Below, in pieces: positions 8,899 through 18,484 of a stretch of DNA of 39,221 bases. Below the pieces are notes generated by a model. That model searched no databases and was not told the origin of the DNA. It saw only the letters and a list, made by a program, of their open reading frames with translations. Within the stretch, counting starts at the first letter, position 1; each line of letters opens with the position of its first letter. A program made the position numbers and the translations under genes. Source of the DNA: Anaerolineae bacterium (GTDB lineage Bacteria; Chloroflexota; Anaerolineae; DRVO01); assembly GCA_050945695.1 (NCBI GenBank), contig JBMNTK010000004.1, positions 1-39,221 of the forward strand, given 5' to 3'.

Positions 8899-10050
8899 AT
8901 GACACTCACCAGACAGTCCATCTCCCGATACCCGATCGCCGCCCTGTGCCTACTAACCCTGGCACTCGGCCTCGTGGCCTGCGGCAGCACTCCCGTACCC
9001 CCAACCCTGCCCCCGCCGCCTCCCACCGTAGCCCCGTCACCTACCGCAGCCGTTGAGGAGCCAACCGCTACCGTGGCCGCCGCCGAGGCTCCGACCGAGG
9101 TCGCAACGACGGCCGCCACGCCGACAGCCGAAGCCGCCGCCACGCTGCAAGCTCAGACCCTGGAGCCCACGCAGGACTGGTTCGTGCGCAACCTGATGGT
9201 CGGCCCCGGGCGCACTTACGTCTTCCTGGAAGCCCTCCGCGAGCAGGAGCAGGGACCGTACCAGCTCCTGTACAGCGATGACGACGGCCAGACCTGGACT
9301 CCCTTCCCGGGCGGCCTGCCCCCGGAGGACTGCCTCAACAACGTCAACATCGACTACGCCGCCACCGACTCGCTCTACGTCGGGGCGTGTGAAGGTGGGC
9401 TGTACCATTGGACCGGCTCGCGCTGGGAGCGCATCTCGGATCAGCGGGTGGGGACACTGGAAGTAGTCTACCAGGACCCCCAGATCATGTGGTCAGCCGA
9501 CCCCGCTGCCGGACCCGGTGAGCCCATGATCAGCCGCAGCGAAGACGGTGGTCGCACTTGGGTGGCGGCCGATACGGGCATTGACAGGAGCTCGGGTATC
9601 ACCCACCTGGGCATAGACCCCAGAGACAGCAACACCCTCTACGCGCTGAGCCAGACGGTACTGTACCGAGGCACCCCCGACGGGCAGTGGCAGGTAGTCC
9701 CCACGCCCGAGTTCCCCTCATCGTTCACCGGCATGGCCATCGAGGGTGGCACCGGCGCCCTCTATCTCAGCCTGGGCGTCCCCAGCAACCAGATCTGGCG
9801 TTCAGAAAACCCAAGCATCGCCGATATCGCCTCCGTGCGCTGGGGGCTCCTGCATGAGTTCGGTGAGGGGCAGACGGTTGCCCTGATGGCCACCGGCCCC
9901 AGCCCCAGCGGTCTGGCGTTGTACGCCAACCTGGCTGAGACCCATAAGTCCGAGGACGGCGTTATCCTCATCGGTGACGCCCTGCCCTATCGTTCCCCCG
10001 ATGGCGGCATCACCTGGAAGCGGATCGTCATCCCCGGCTGGATCGAGTAG
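8899..10050 (+). CDS. Lipoprotein with P/T/A-rich linker and Asp-box (BNR) beta-propeller
   Basis: Signal peptide with lipobox LVAC; linker PTLPPPPPTVAPSPTAA...; Asp boxes YSDDDGQTW, RSEDGGRTW, RSPDGGITW. Confidence 0.82.
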   Translation: MTLTRQSISRYPIAALCLLTLALGLVACGSTPVPPTLPPPPPTVAPSPTAAVEEPTATVAAAEAPTEVATTAATPTAEAAATLQAQTLEPTQDWFVRNLMVGPGRTYVFLEALREQEQGPYQLLYSDDDGQTWTPFPGGLPPEDCLNNVNIDYAATDSLYVGACEGGLYHWTGSRWERISDQRVGTLEVVYQDPQIMWSADPAAGPGEPMISRSEDGGRTWVAADTGIDRSSGITHLGIDPRDSNTLYALSQTVLYRGTPDGQWQVVPTPEFPSSFTGMAIEGGTGALYLSLGVPSNQIWRSENPSIADIASVRWGLLHEFGEGQTVALMATGPSPSGLALYANLAETHKSEDGVILIGDALPYRSPDGGITWKRIVIPGWIE

Positions 10051-10059
10051 GGCTCAGTA

Positions 10060-10100
10060 GCCCCGAGGAGCCCACGCAGGGCACGCGGGCTCCTCGGGGC
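10060..10100 (+). terminator. Strong hairpin after the lipoprotein gene
   Basis: GCCCCGAGGAGCCC (10060-10073) / GGGCTCCTCGGGGC (10087-10100), perfect 14-bp stem; no U-tract. Confidence 0.55.
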
Positions 10101-10310
10101 ATCGCGGGGGCCATTGCAGGTGCCTCGAGCCTCGAGCGCAGGTACAATGGCAGCATCCAACCCTGGAGTGGGCGCCTGTGTAGATCCGCGCCTCCTTGGA
10201 AGAAGCCGGTTAGGCGTGATCCAGGTAGGGTACTCCTGCTACGCTCGACCTACACGCCGATCGAAGGCTGAGGGCTGCTAATCCCGAGAACATCACGCGC
10301 ATAGTGCGCC

Positions 10311-10408
10311 AAGGGCGCAGAGAGCTGCGTACTGTCGGCTCAGACACCCACAGCAGTGCGCTCCACCTCTGCGCCCTTCTCCGCGGTCTCAGCGATCTCT
10401 GCGGTGAA
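10311..10408. repeat. CGCAGAG/CTCTGCG-family inverted repeat downstream of the GH116 gene
   Basis: AAGGGCGCAGAG (10311-10322) pairs perfectly with CTCTGCGCCCTT (10367-10378), followed by 9-nt-period CTC(C/A/T)GCG units. Confidence 0.55.
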
Positions 10409-10429
10409 TCCCCTCCTAGCTGCTGCCGC

Positions 10430-13072
10430 TTACCCCGCCTCCACCGTAACCGTGAGCGTCTGCCCGCGCTGGAGCACCGTCCGCTCAGGCAGGTGCACCA
10501 CCAGCCGCCCCTCTTGCACCGATGCCTCCACCGGCAAGGGCTGGCGCGCCAGCGTCGCTCTCACCTCTCCGCCGCTGGCGCTCCCCAGGATCAGCCGCTC
10601 CAACGGCAACGATCCGTAGTCCACCTTCAGCGAGGCCGTCCCCTGGCCGTCCTCGATCTGCTGCTCGTAGGTGCCCCAGGCACCGTCCACCGACCAGAAC
10701 GACCGCCAGTCCTCCGGATGCAGCCGGGGGGCGAACCCCAGCGTCCGGTGGGGCATGTCGAAATGGAAGCCCGACAGGGCGGTGAGCAGCGACCAGGAGG
10801 CCAGCGACCGGGCGTAGTGGCTGCCGCACTCGAACTCGTTCCACGGGTTGCGGCGCACTCCGTCGTGGCGCTCGCGCAGGCCTCGGGCTATCGCCAAGCC
10901 CTCCTGAACAAAGCCCTCATAGATCAGGTGCGAGGCCACCTGATACTCGATGCCGCACCAGACCTCGTCGGAGTAGGGGAAGGGGATCGCCGGCCGACCG
11001 CCCCGGGGCCAGGTGCACAGCAACAGCCCCGCTTCTTCGTTGATAGCGTAGATGCGCTGGGGGTTGGGGTGCTCCCACATCTCGGTGCGCCAGTTGTAGC
11101 GGAAGATGGACTGCAGGGCGGCACGGACGTGCTCGTGGTCCAGCAGCAACCCCAGACCCGTGATCTCGGCCAGCCACTGGCCGATCACCTGGTCCGCCAG
11201 GCAACCATCCCCGTACTGGTACTTGGGGGTGAGCTCCCAGTTCGGCTTCTGCACGTACCACTCGCCGTTGAAGAGCTCCTCGTCCATCCGTCGCTGGCCG
11301 CTCTCGAAAATCCGCCGGTACTCGTCCGCCTCGGCCGCATCGGCACCCGGTGCGCCCGTCTCTGCCAGGTGACGCACCATCTCCTCGGCAGCCCGCAGGG
11401 CGCCCAGGTAGAACGAGCCGATCATGGAGTTGGGCCCGGAGAACTCGATATCGTAGGTGTTGTGCTGGATTCCCTCGATCACTCCGTCTCGGTCGGCATC
11501 CCACTGCTGCCAGGCATACTCCAGCGCCTTCTTGGCCTTGGGCCACCACTTACGCAGCCAGCCGTCATCACCGCAGAGCCGCCAGTCCCGGTAGAGCTTG
11601 ATGAGCCCGCCCAGCTGGCCATCGGCGGCGGCGTGGAACTGGCTGGGCGGGCTGCCCAGGGGCAACTGCAGCCGGAACCCCATGTGTCCGCCATCGGTCA
11701 TGTTGTAGGTGTAGTCGGCCTCCCGCAGCGAACGCTCCAGGGAGGGGAACAGGAAGGCCACCGTCTGGGCGTAGTTCCAGACGTGGGTGCAGGAGCCCTC
11801 ACAGCAGCCAGCATCTGAGTGGCACCCCTCGAAGCCGTAGAAGGTACCGTCCGTCAGGCGCAGGACCGTCGGGCTGTGGAGGATGCTGGCCTGGCTGGAG
11901 ATCGCGTCCAGCACGTACGGGGGCAGCTTGGAGGCAAAGAGGGTGTCGTGGAAGAGCTTGGTCTGCCCGTAGAGCCGGTCCTCGTGGTCGGCGAAGTAGT
12001 GAGCCACCTCCAGGGCATCACTCCACTGGGTGGCGTAGTAGTTGCGCCACACCGGCCGCTCCTCTTCGCACCCGCACCCGGACCCGCAGCTGCAGCCGCT
12101 TTCGCCCCAGTACTTGACGAAGTTGGGGAAATGCCAGGTGATGAAGAAGGGCAGGATGACCTTCTCACCCGGGGCCAGCTGCGCCCGCAGCCCCAGCGAG
12201 CCCACATCGCTTCTCCCGTCCTCAGAGGGCGGGTACTCCCGTTCCGGCAGGGTGCCGCTCGCCGAGAAGTGATCCCAGAACTCGTGCATGGCATCGAACC
12301 AGCCCGCCCGCAAGGAGGCCTTCTGGCAGAACACCTCAGGCCAGGTGGTAGTGAGGGCCATGGAGCCAAAGCGCGGGTGGGCGCGAGGGTACTTCTCCGA
12401 GGTGAGGAAGAGCCCCCGTACCGGATCCCTCTCCACGTAGGAGTTGACGTTGCCTCCCAGATGGTCGCCATAGAAGGGCCCCGAGCCCGGGTACCCCACG
12501 GCGTTGAAGAGGCTCCCCACCAGGCTGACCTCCACCGAGACGTCAGTGGTGTTGGTCACGTGGTAGTACAGGACGGCGATGGGCAGGCCCGACTCATCGG
12601 GATTCATGGGGATGAAGGGGCTGAAGGCCTCCAGGTTCACCTGCACCGGCAAGGCCGGGTCCTCGAACTCTACCCAGGCCAGAGGGAACTCTCCCCGCAA
12701 GGCAGACGACCACATGTGGGGCAACCCAGAGCCGTCCTCCCGGGTGACCCCGAACCCGAACCCTCGAAAACCACCGCCGCCACGGCCGGTATAGGGCGGG
12801 GGAGGCGGCCCCTGCAGCACCCGGGTTACGGGCTCGTCCCCCTGAGCGCGGGCCCAGATGGTGAAGAAGGAATAGGGGAGGATGGTGCCCTTGTTGGGCC
12901 GGTTGAAGATCTCCCAGTCTACCAGCAAGCCGCCGGCAGTGAGAGAGACACATCCGGTCCCGATGCCGCCCAAGGGAAAGGCGGCTTCGGTGGCAGTGTA
13001 GCCGTCGTAGATGGGCTGAGGGCCTAACGACAGGAGCTCTTCCGGGGAATACGCGTCCGACACTTCCGTCAT
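10430..13072 (-). CDS. Glycoside hydrolase family 116 (non-lysosomal glucosylceramidase-like beta-glycosidase)
   Basis: PLGGIGTG, WEIFNRP, GFEG...CTHVWNY, AADGQLG, HNTYD, PWNEFECGSHYARS; GGAGGT SD; 880 aa with no signal peptide. Confidence 0.88.
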   Translation of the reverse strand: MTEVSDAYSPEELLSLGPQPIYDGYTATEAAFPLGGIGTGCVSLTAGGLLVDWEIFNRPNKGTILPYSFFTIWARAQGDEPVTRVLQGPPPPPYTGRGGGGFRGFGFGVTREDGSGLPHMWSSALRGEFPLAWVEFEDPALPVQVNLEAFSPFIPMNPDESGLPIAVLYYHVTNTTDVSVEVSLVGSLFNAVGYPGSGPFYGDHLGGNVNSYVERDPVRGLFLTSEKYPRAHPRFGSMALTTTWPEVFCQKASLRAGWFDAMHEFWDHFSASGTLPEREYPPSEDGRSDVGSLGLRAQLAPGEKVILPFFITWHFPNFVKYWGESGCSCGSGCGCEEERPVWRNYYATQWSDALEVAHYFADHEDRLYGQTKLFHDTLFASKLPPYVLDAISSQASILHSPTVLRLTDGTFYGFEGCHSDAGCCEGSCTHVWNYAQTVAFLFPSLERSLREADYTYNMTDGGHMGFRLQLPLGSPPSQFHAAADGQLGGLIKLYRDWRLCGDDGWLRKWWPKAKKALEYAWQQWDADRDGVIEGIQHNTYDIEFSGPNSMIGSFYLGALRAAEEMVRHLAETGAPGADAAEADEYRRIFESGQRRMDEELFNGEWYVQKPNWELTPKYQYGDGCLADQVIGQWLAEITGLGLLLDHEHVRAALQSIFRYNWRTEMWEHPNPQRIYAINEEAGLLLCTWPRGGRPAIPFPYSDEVWCGIEYQVASHLIYEGFVQEGLAIARGLRERHDGVRRNPWNEFECGSHYARSLASWSLLTALSGFHFDMPHRTLGFAPRLHPEDWRSFWSVDGAWGTYEQQIEDGQGTASLKVDYGSLPLERLILGSASGGEVRATLARQPLPVEASVQEGRLVVHLPERTVLQRGQTLTVTVEAG

Positions 13073-13137
13073 GGTGGTACCTCCGTTCCGGGTGGAGGTT
13101 CAGTTGAGGCGGATTGAACACGGGCTTGGGCAGGCTG

Positions 13138-14256
13138 TCAATCAGCGTGGGCCGAGAGGACCCGGCGGTAGAGGGCTTGCGTCTGCCTGGCGGCGGTTTC
13201 CCAACTGTAGCGAGCGGCCTGGGCCAGCCCCTGCAGACGCAGCTCCTCCCGGCGAGCCGGGTCGCCCACCACCGCCCGCAGCCCCGCGGCAAGGCTCTCG
13301 ACATCGGTAGGCTCAACGTACTGGACGGCGTCCCCACCCACTTCCGGTAAGGCGCCAGCGTGAGAGGCCACCACCGGTGCCCCACAGGCCATCGCCTCCA
13401 CCACCGGCAGCCCAAACCCCTCATAGAGGGACGGAAGGACGAGCGCCGTCGCCAGGCTGTAGAGAGCCACCAGAGCCTCCTGGGGCACATAACCCAGGAA
13501 CCGCACCTCCTTCTCCAGCCCCAACTCCTCCACCGCCCGTAGGACCGGCTTGGTCTTCCAGCCCGTAGGCCCCACGATGACCAGGCGCTCTGCCATCCGC
13601 TCATGGGCGCGCAGGCGGGCAAACGCCTGCAGTAGGCGCACCAGGTTCTTGCGGGGCTCGATAGTGCCCACGTAGAGCAGGAAAGCCTCGGGCACCTGCC
13701 ACTCCGGCCGCAGCCTCGCCCGCGCGGTTGCCCGGTCCAGCGGCCGAAAGGAGCTATCCGGGGCCTCATGGACCACCTGGATCTTGGCCGCCGGCACTCC
13801 CAGGATGCGGATGATGTCCTGTTTCGTGGCCTCGGACACGGCGATGATGGCGCCGGCCCGGCGGGCTGCCAGCGGGATCAGGGGGCGCATAGAGAGCACC
13901 CGCCGGCCGTAGTGGTGCTGGGGGCAGAGCCAGAGGGTCATGTCGTGGATGGTGATGACCGTGGGGCAAGGGGAGGCCACCGGCGCCACGCTGTTGGTGA
14001 AGTGGCCCAGGTCCAGGCCCAAGCGGTTCAGCCGGAAAGGCAACACGAACTGCATCCAGAGCGTCTTGTTGAGCCGGCCCCTCGGCTGGTCCCTTCCTTC
14101 GGCGCCCGTCTGACCGACCCCATAGCGGGGTGGGCGGTGAGACAGGGGGACCACCTCCTCTCCCAGGGCCTGAAGGCCGGAGAGAAGGTTGGCGGTGTAG
14201 GTACCCACTCCGCTGTGGGTAACGCATAGGGGAGTAACGTCAAACCCAACTCGCAC
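13138..14256 (-). CDS. GT4 glycosyltransferase (WbdB/MtfB-like mannosyltransferase type)
   Basis: GTG 14256 after AAGGAG; SGVGTY, TIHD, VSEATKQD, GTIEPRKN, PSLYEGFGLPVVEAMACGAPV (E-x7-E). Confidence 0.92.
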   Translation of the reverse strand: MRVGFDVTPLCVTHSGVGTYTANLLSGLQALGEEVVPLSHRPPRYGVGQTGAEGRDQPRGRLNKTLWMQFVLPFRLNRLGLDLGHFTNSVAPVASPCPTVITIHDMTLWLCPQHHYGRRVLSMRPLIPLAARRAGAIIAVSEATKQDIIRILGVPAAKIQVVHEAPDSSFRPLDRATARARLRPEWQVPEAFLLYVGTIEPRKNLVRLLQAFARLRAHERMAERLVIVGPTGWKTKPVLRAVEELGLEKEVRFLGYVPQEALVALYSLATALVLPSLYEGFGLPVVEAMACGAPVVASHAGALPEVGGDAVQYVEPTDVESLAAGLRAVVGDPARREELRLQGLAQAARYSWETAARQTQALYRRVLSAHAD

Positions 14257-15601
14257 TTGCCTGGTCTCCTTCTTGAGGGCTCGGCCCCTGGGCCTGCAAA
14301 GCAGCCAGCAAGCCCATGAGCAGGGCCCCACGCCAGTTCGTCCAGAACCATAGGGGTGTGTCGAAGGTCCCGGCCACGAGCAGCGCCACCCAGACGTGAG
14401 CATACCGGCCCTGACGCGCGCGCATGCTGCCAAGGAGAGGAAGGGCCATGAGTGCCAGCCAACCGGCTCCGCCCAGGAGCCCGGTCTCTACCATCACCAG
14501 CAAGGGGACACAGTGGACCGGGCCGGCCTCGGGGTGAAGGGCACGGGCAGCAGCGAGGCCGTTGCCGACACCTACGCCCAGCCATGGCCGGGCGCTGATC
14601 AGCTCCAAGGCCACCCGGGCATCGCGCCCGCGCTCCTGGAGGGACCGGGCCTCGATGAGGGTATCCAGTCGGGTCCAGCGGCTCAGCAGCGGGTCGCCAT
14701 AGGCCACCAGCAGGGTCAGCGCCAGCACCAGGGGCACCCAAAGGCCCCATACCCTGGGAACCGGGGAGCGGCCGGCCCTGGGCAGGGCCCGGTGGGCCAC
14801 CAAGCCGGCGGCCAGGGCCAGGTAGCTGGCCCGTGAGCAGCTAACCAGCAGCCCCAAGGTCCCTACCGCCAGCCCCAGCAGGTGCGCCCTCCGCGCCCAA
14901 CCCTCCAGGCGGCCACAACCTGGCAGGAGGGTCAGCAACATCACGCTCAGCATGGCGCCCAACACGTTAGGGTGGGCGGTAAGCCCGTAGCCGCGCAGCC
15001 AGGCCCGCTGGTCACTGTCCCAGAGGACACTGGTCCCCTCGACCTGGGGGTCCAGTGCCGGCTCACCCAGGAACGACAGCCCCAGGTCCTGCTGCAAGGC
15101 AAACTGGACCAGAGCCACCCCTCCCTGCACGGCCACCACCACGAGAAACGCCCCTCTCACCGGCGATGGCCCGTTGAGCTGGTAAAGGTAGGCGTACCAC
15201 AGCAGGGCCAGACCCCCGAGCTGGACCACCGTGCGCTCGGTCGGAGCGGGCTCCAGCCCCGAAAGCACCAGCAGTGACAGCCCGACCAGAGGTGCGGTCA
15301 CGGTGGCGCTGCCCCACCGCCACGGTCTGCGATTGGCCCCTGCCCAGCCCAGGAGGCTAAGCAGGGGCAGTAAGCTCAGCGCGCCCAGGACTGCCGGCCG
15401 ATGGGCTGGGACAGGCAGGCTCACCAGCGGCCACCAGGCAAAGGGTCCCACCCGCCAGGCCGGAGTGCTCAAGGCCAGGACCAAGAAGGCGGCAAACGAT
15501 GCCCCGGCCGTTAGCGCCGATAGCTGGGAAAGCAGTTGCAGAATGGGGCGCCTGCGCCAAGAATGGAGGTCCGGGCGGGCGACAGCCACGGCCGCCTTCA
15601 T
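14240..15601 (-). CDS. O-antigen ligase / O-oligosaccharyltransferase-like membrane protein 1 (Wzy_C)
   Basis: Multi-TM protein; RGYGLTAHPNVLG, SCSRAS, RPWLGVGVGN, PVHCVPLLVMVETGLLG. Confidence 0.8.
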   Translation of the reverse strand: MKAAVAVARPDLHSWRRRPILQLLSQLSALTAGASFAAFLVLALSTPAWRVGPFAWWPLVSLPVPAHRPAVLGALSLLPLLSLLGWAGANRRPWRWGSATVTAPLVGLSLLVLSGLEPAPTERTVVQLGGLALLWYAYLYQLNGPSPVRGAFLVVVAVQGGVALVQFALQQDLGLSFLGEPALDPQVEGTSVLWDSDQRAWLRGYGLTAHPNVLGAMLSVMLLTLLPGCGRLEGWARRAHLLGLAVGTLGLLVSCSRASYLALAAGLVAHRALPRAGRSPVPRVWGLWVPLVLALTLLVAYGDPLLSRWTRLDTLIEARSLQERGRDARVALELISARPWLGVGVGNGLAAARALHPEAGPVHCVPLLVMVETGLLGGAGWLALMALPLLGSMRARQGRYAHVWVALLVAGTFDTPLWFWTNWRGALLMGLLAALQAQGPSPQEGDQASASWV

Positions 15602-15676
15602 AGAACCCTCCTGCCCTCAGGCCCCGCGCACCCGACCCGCTTGTGCGCACCACTATCAAGGGGGTCTAGCACCCAA

Positions 15677-17413
15677 GTGGGCACAGACAAACTCGTCGAA
15701 CGCATCCAGTACGCGCTCCTTCTGGCCCTGGCGTTCTCGCTGCCCTTCGAGATCATCCGGCCGGTGGTGGCCCTGCCCTGGTTTTCCTTCACCAACCTGG
15801 AGGTGCTCACCGTGCTGGCGCTGGGCTTCTGGGCCGTGCGTCTGTGGGGGGATCGCCCCGTCGGCGCCATCGGCCAGCCACCGGTGTGGTCGGCCCTGCT
15901 CTTCCTGGGGCTGAGCTTCCTCTCGGCGGCCCTGGCGCCGGCCCACCAGGGGGACGCGCTGAAGTTCGCCACCCGTATGGCTACCGGCGTTGCCGTCTTC
16001 TGGATGCTGGCTGAGAGCGTGCGCACTCGGACGCACCTCCGTCAACTGCTGTGGGCCCTGGTCCTAGGCTCGGGTGCGAGCGCCTTGGTGGGGCTGGGGG
16101 AGGCGGTGGCGTGGTCGCCCCTTGAGCCAGTGCTGCCGCTGTTCAAGGCCGCGCCGACCAAGGTAGGGGGCGAGCTCCGGGTCAGTGCCTCGTTTCAGTA
16201 CGCCACCATAGCGGCTATGTTCTTCGAAATGACGGTGCCACTGGCGGTGGCATTGGTGGCCACCACGCGCAGGCCGGTCAGTCGCCTGCTGGGGATGGCT
16301 GTGGGGCTCTTGGGCACCGCTAACATCGTGCTAACGTTCTCCAGGGCCGGAATGCTAACCCTTATCCTTGCCCTAGTGGCCATGCTGGTGCTGGGACGGC
16401 GCCGCCGTCTGCGTCCGCTGGTCCCGCCGGCGCTCCTGGCCCTGGCGGGGCTGTTTGCCCTCACCGGAGCCCTGGCCTGGCAGCGCGACACGTTCCGCAC
16501 CCGCCTGATCACCGAAAACGACCTCGGCTGGTATGGGGCCGCCTACACCGCGCCCTCGCACGTTACTCTGCGAGCGGGCGAGCCGAACCCCATCACCATC
16601 ACAGTACAGAATACCGGACAAGCCACGTGGCATACAACCGGGACCCAGCCCTTTGCCCTGGGCTACTACTGGCTCGACGACGCCGGCCAGCCACTGGATG
16701 CCGGTCACGGCGAGGCAGCCCTTCCTCACTCGGTGACCCCCGGCCAGACGGTGGACGTGACCCTCACCCTCGAGCCTTCCCTGCCGCCGGGCCGTTACCG
16801 ACTGACCTGGGGAATGCTTCAGCATGGCGTCCTCTGGTTCCGGCATCGAGACGTGCCGGAAGCCCACACCACCGTCACCATAGAACCTGGCGCCGGACCG
16901 GTCCCGCCGCCACCGTCCACAGCGGGGACCGTCCCCGGCGGGGAGGCGCCTTCCATGCCTCCTACCGTCGGGCGCATGAGCCTGTGGAAGGCGGCGGTGC
17001 TCATGTGGGCGCAGAGGCCGCTTCTGGGTATGGGCCCCGACAACTTCCGCCACCTCTACGGGACCTATCTGGGCCTGTCGGTCTGGGACGTGGGCCTGCA
17101 CACCAACAACCTCTACCTCGAGCTACTGACCGGTTGGGGGCTGGCGGGTGCCCTGGCGTTTGCCGGGTTAGCCGGTGCCATCGCCTTGAGCTGGTATCGG
17201 CTGTGGCGCCAGGCGTGGGGAGCGAGCGCCATCTATGCGCTTGCCTTGGGGGCGAGCTTCCTGGCCTTCTTCGTCCACGGAATGCTGGACTGCTTCCTGG
17301 GGTTTGTGCCCACCCTCCTGCTCCTATGCTCCGTGGCCGGCCTGATCCTGGCGGCGGAGCGCTTGTACCGGTCATCCTCTGGCCTCCTCATAGAGGACCA
17401 GGAGCCGCTCTAG
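15677..17413 (+). CDS. O-antigen ligase-like membrane protein 2 with inserted Ig-like domain
   Basis: ORF 15536..17413, start moved to GTG 15677 (uncertain). TFSRAG, RPLLGMGPDNFR, HTNNLYLELL, HGMLD; soluble insert VQNTGQATW...LGYYW...VTPGQTV...PGRYRLTWGM and a Pro-rich linker. Confidence 0.82.
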   Translation: MGTDKLVERIQYALLLALAFSLPFEIIRPVVALPWFSFTNLEVLTVLALGFWAVRLWGDRPVGAIGQPPVWSALLFLGLSFLSAALAPAHQGDALKFATRMATGVAVFWMLAESVRTRTHLRQLLWALVLGSGASALVGLGEAVAWSPLEPVLPLFKAAPTKVGGELRVSASFQYATIAAMFFEMTVPLAVALVATTRRPVSRLLGMAVGLLGTANIVLTFSRAGMLTLILALVAMLVLGRRRRLRPLVPPALLALAGLFALTGALAWQRDTFRTRLITENDLGWYGAAYTAPSHVTLRAGEPNPITITVQNTGQATWHTTGTQPFALGYYWLDDAGQPLDAGHGEAALPHSVTPGQTVDVTLTLEPSLPPGRYRLTWGMLQHGVLWFRHRDVPEAHTTVTIEPGAGPVPPPPSTAGTVPGGEAPSMPPTVGRMSLWKAAVLMWAQRPLLGMGPDNFRHLYGTYLGLSVWDVGLHTNNLYLELLTGWGLAGALAFAGLAGAIALSWYRLWRQAWGASAIYALALGASFLAFFVHGMLDCFLGFVPTLLLLCSVAGLILAAERLYRSSSGLLIEDQEPL

Positions 17414-18484
17414 GGTGTTCGAGAGGGCGAAGCCCCGGCGCACCCTCTCCAGCTGGGCCCGGGCCAGGGCAGCACGCTCCTCCGGGCTGGCCAGCAGGCG
17501 CAGGACCACCTCCGCCAGCGCCTCCGCATCCCCCACCGGGGCCAGGCACTGGGGTGGCGCCAGCTCAGGCAGCACCCCGACGGCCGTGCCCACCGCCGGG
17601 GTGCCACAGGCCGCCGCCTCCAGGGCCGCCAGGTTCTGGCTTTCGTGCCGAGAGCTGAGCACGAACAGGTCCCCGGCCCGGTAGAGGTCCGGGAGCCGAT
17701 CGTGGGCAAGGGCGCCCCGGAAGCGCACCCGGTCGGCGATGCCGAGGGAACTGGCCAGGCCCTCCAGAGAGGCGCGCAAGGGCCCCTCCCCGGCAATGTC
17801 CAGAGTGACCTCCGGACGCACCGCGACCACCCGGGCAAAGGACCGGAGCAGCACCGCCTGATCCTTCACCGGGGTGAGCGAGGCCACGTGCACCAGCCTC
17901 GTCCCGGCCTTGGCCTGGCCGTCCGGGTAGAACCGAGCCGTGTCCACCCCCAGGGGGACGAGGGCAGGCGATCTGCCGGCGCGCGCGGCCACCTGCTGGC
18001 GCAGCAGCCGGGATCCGACAGCCACCCTCCGGGCCGAGCGCAGCGCCCACCGAGTGAGGAGCCGGTTGGCCCGGCTGAGCTGCCCGCCGTAGCCGATGTC
18101 GGCCAGGCCCACGAGCTCACCTCCGGCCACCGATACCACGGCGGGCGTGCCCAACAGCCTGCCCGCCGCCACAGCGACGGCGCCGGGCTCATCGGCCCAG
18201 ATGCCGTGGAGGACGTCGAAGCGGCCAGCCCGAGCTTCCGCCGCCACTCGGGCAAGCGCCCCCGCCAGCAGCGGCAAGCGCTTCATCCCTGCGCCTGCTC
18301 CCCCGCCCAGGGCGTGCACCCGGGCACCGTACACCGAGTAGTCGCCCCGGCGGTGAGGGTAGCGGAGGGAAAACACGTGCACCTGGTGGCGCCGGCCCAG
18401 GCCCCGCGCCAGGTCGAGCAGGGCCGGAATGCACCAGTCGCCCTCGTGGGTGCTGAAGCCGGGTACCACCAGCCCGATCTTCAC
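17372..18484 (-). CDS. GT4 glycosyltransferase
   Basis: PLGVD, ASLTPVKDQ, IAGEGP, SSRHESQNLAALEAAACGTP (E-x7-E); overlaps the upstream stop by 4 bp. Confidence 0.9.
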   Translation of the reverse strand: MKIGLVVPGFSTHEGDWCIPALLDLARGLGRRHQVHVFSLRYPHRRGDYSVYGARVHALGGGAGAGMKRLPLLAGALARVAAEARAGRFDVLHGIWADEPGAVAVAAGRLLGTPAVVSVAGGELVGLADIGYGGQLSRANRLLTRWALRSARRVAVGSRLLRQQVAARAGRSPALVPLGVDTARFYPDGQAKAGTRLVHVASLTPVKDQAVLLRSFARVVAVRPEVTLDIAGEGPLRASLEGLASSLGIADRVRFRGALAHDRLPDLYRAGDLFVLSSRHESQNLAALEAAACGTPAVGTAVGVLPELAPPQCLAPVGDAEALAEVVLRLLASPEERAALARAQLERVRRGFALSNTLERLLVLYEEARG

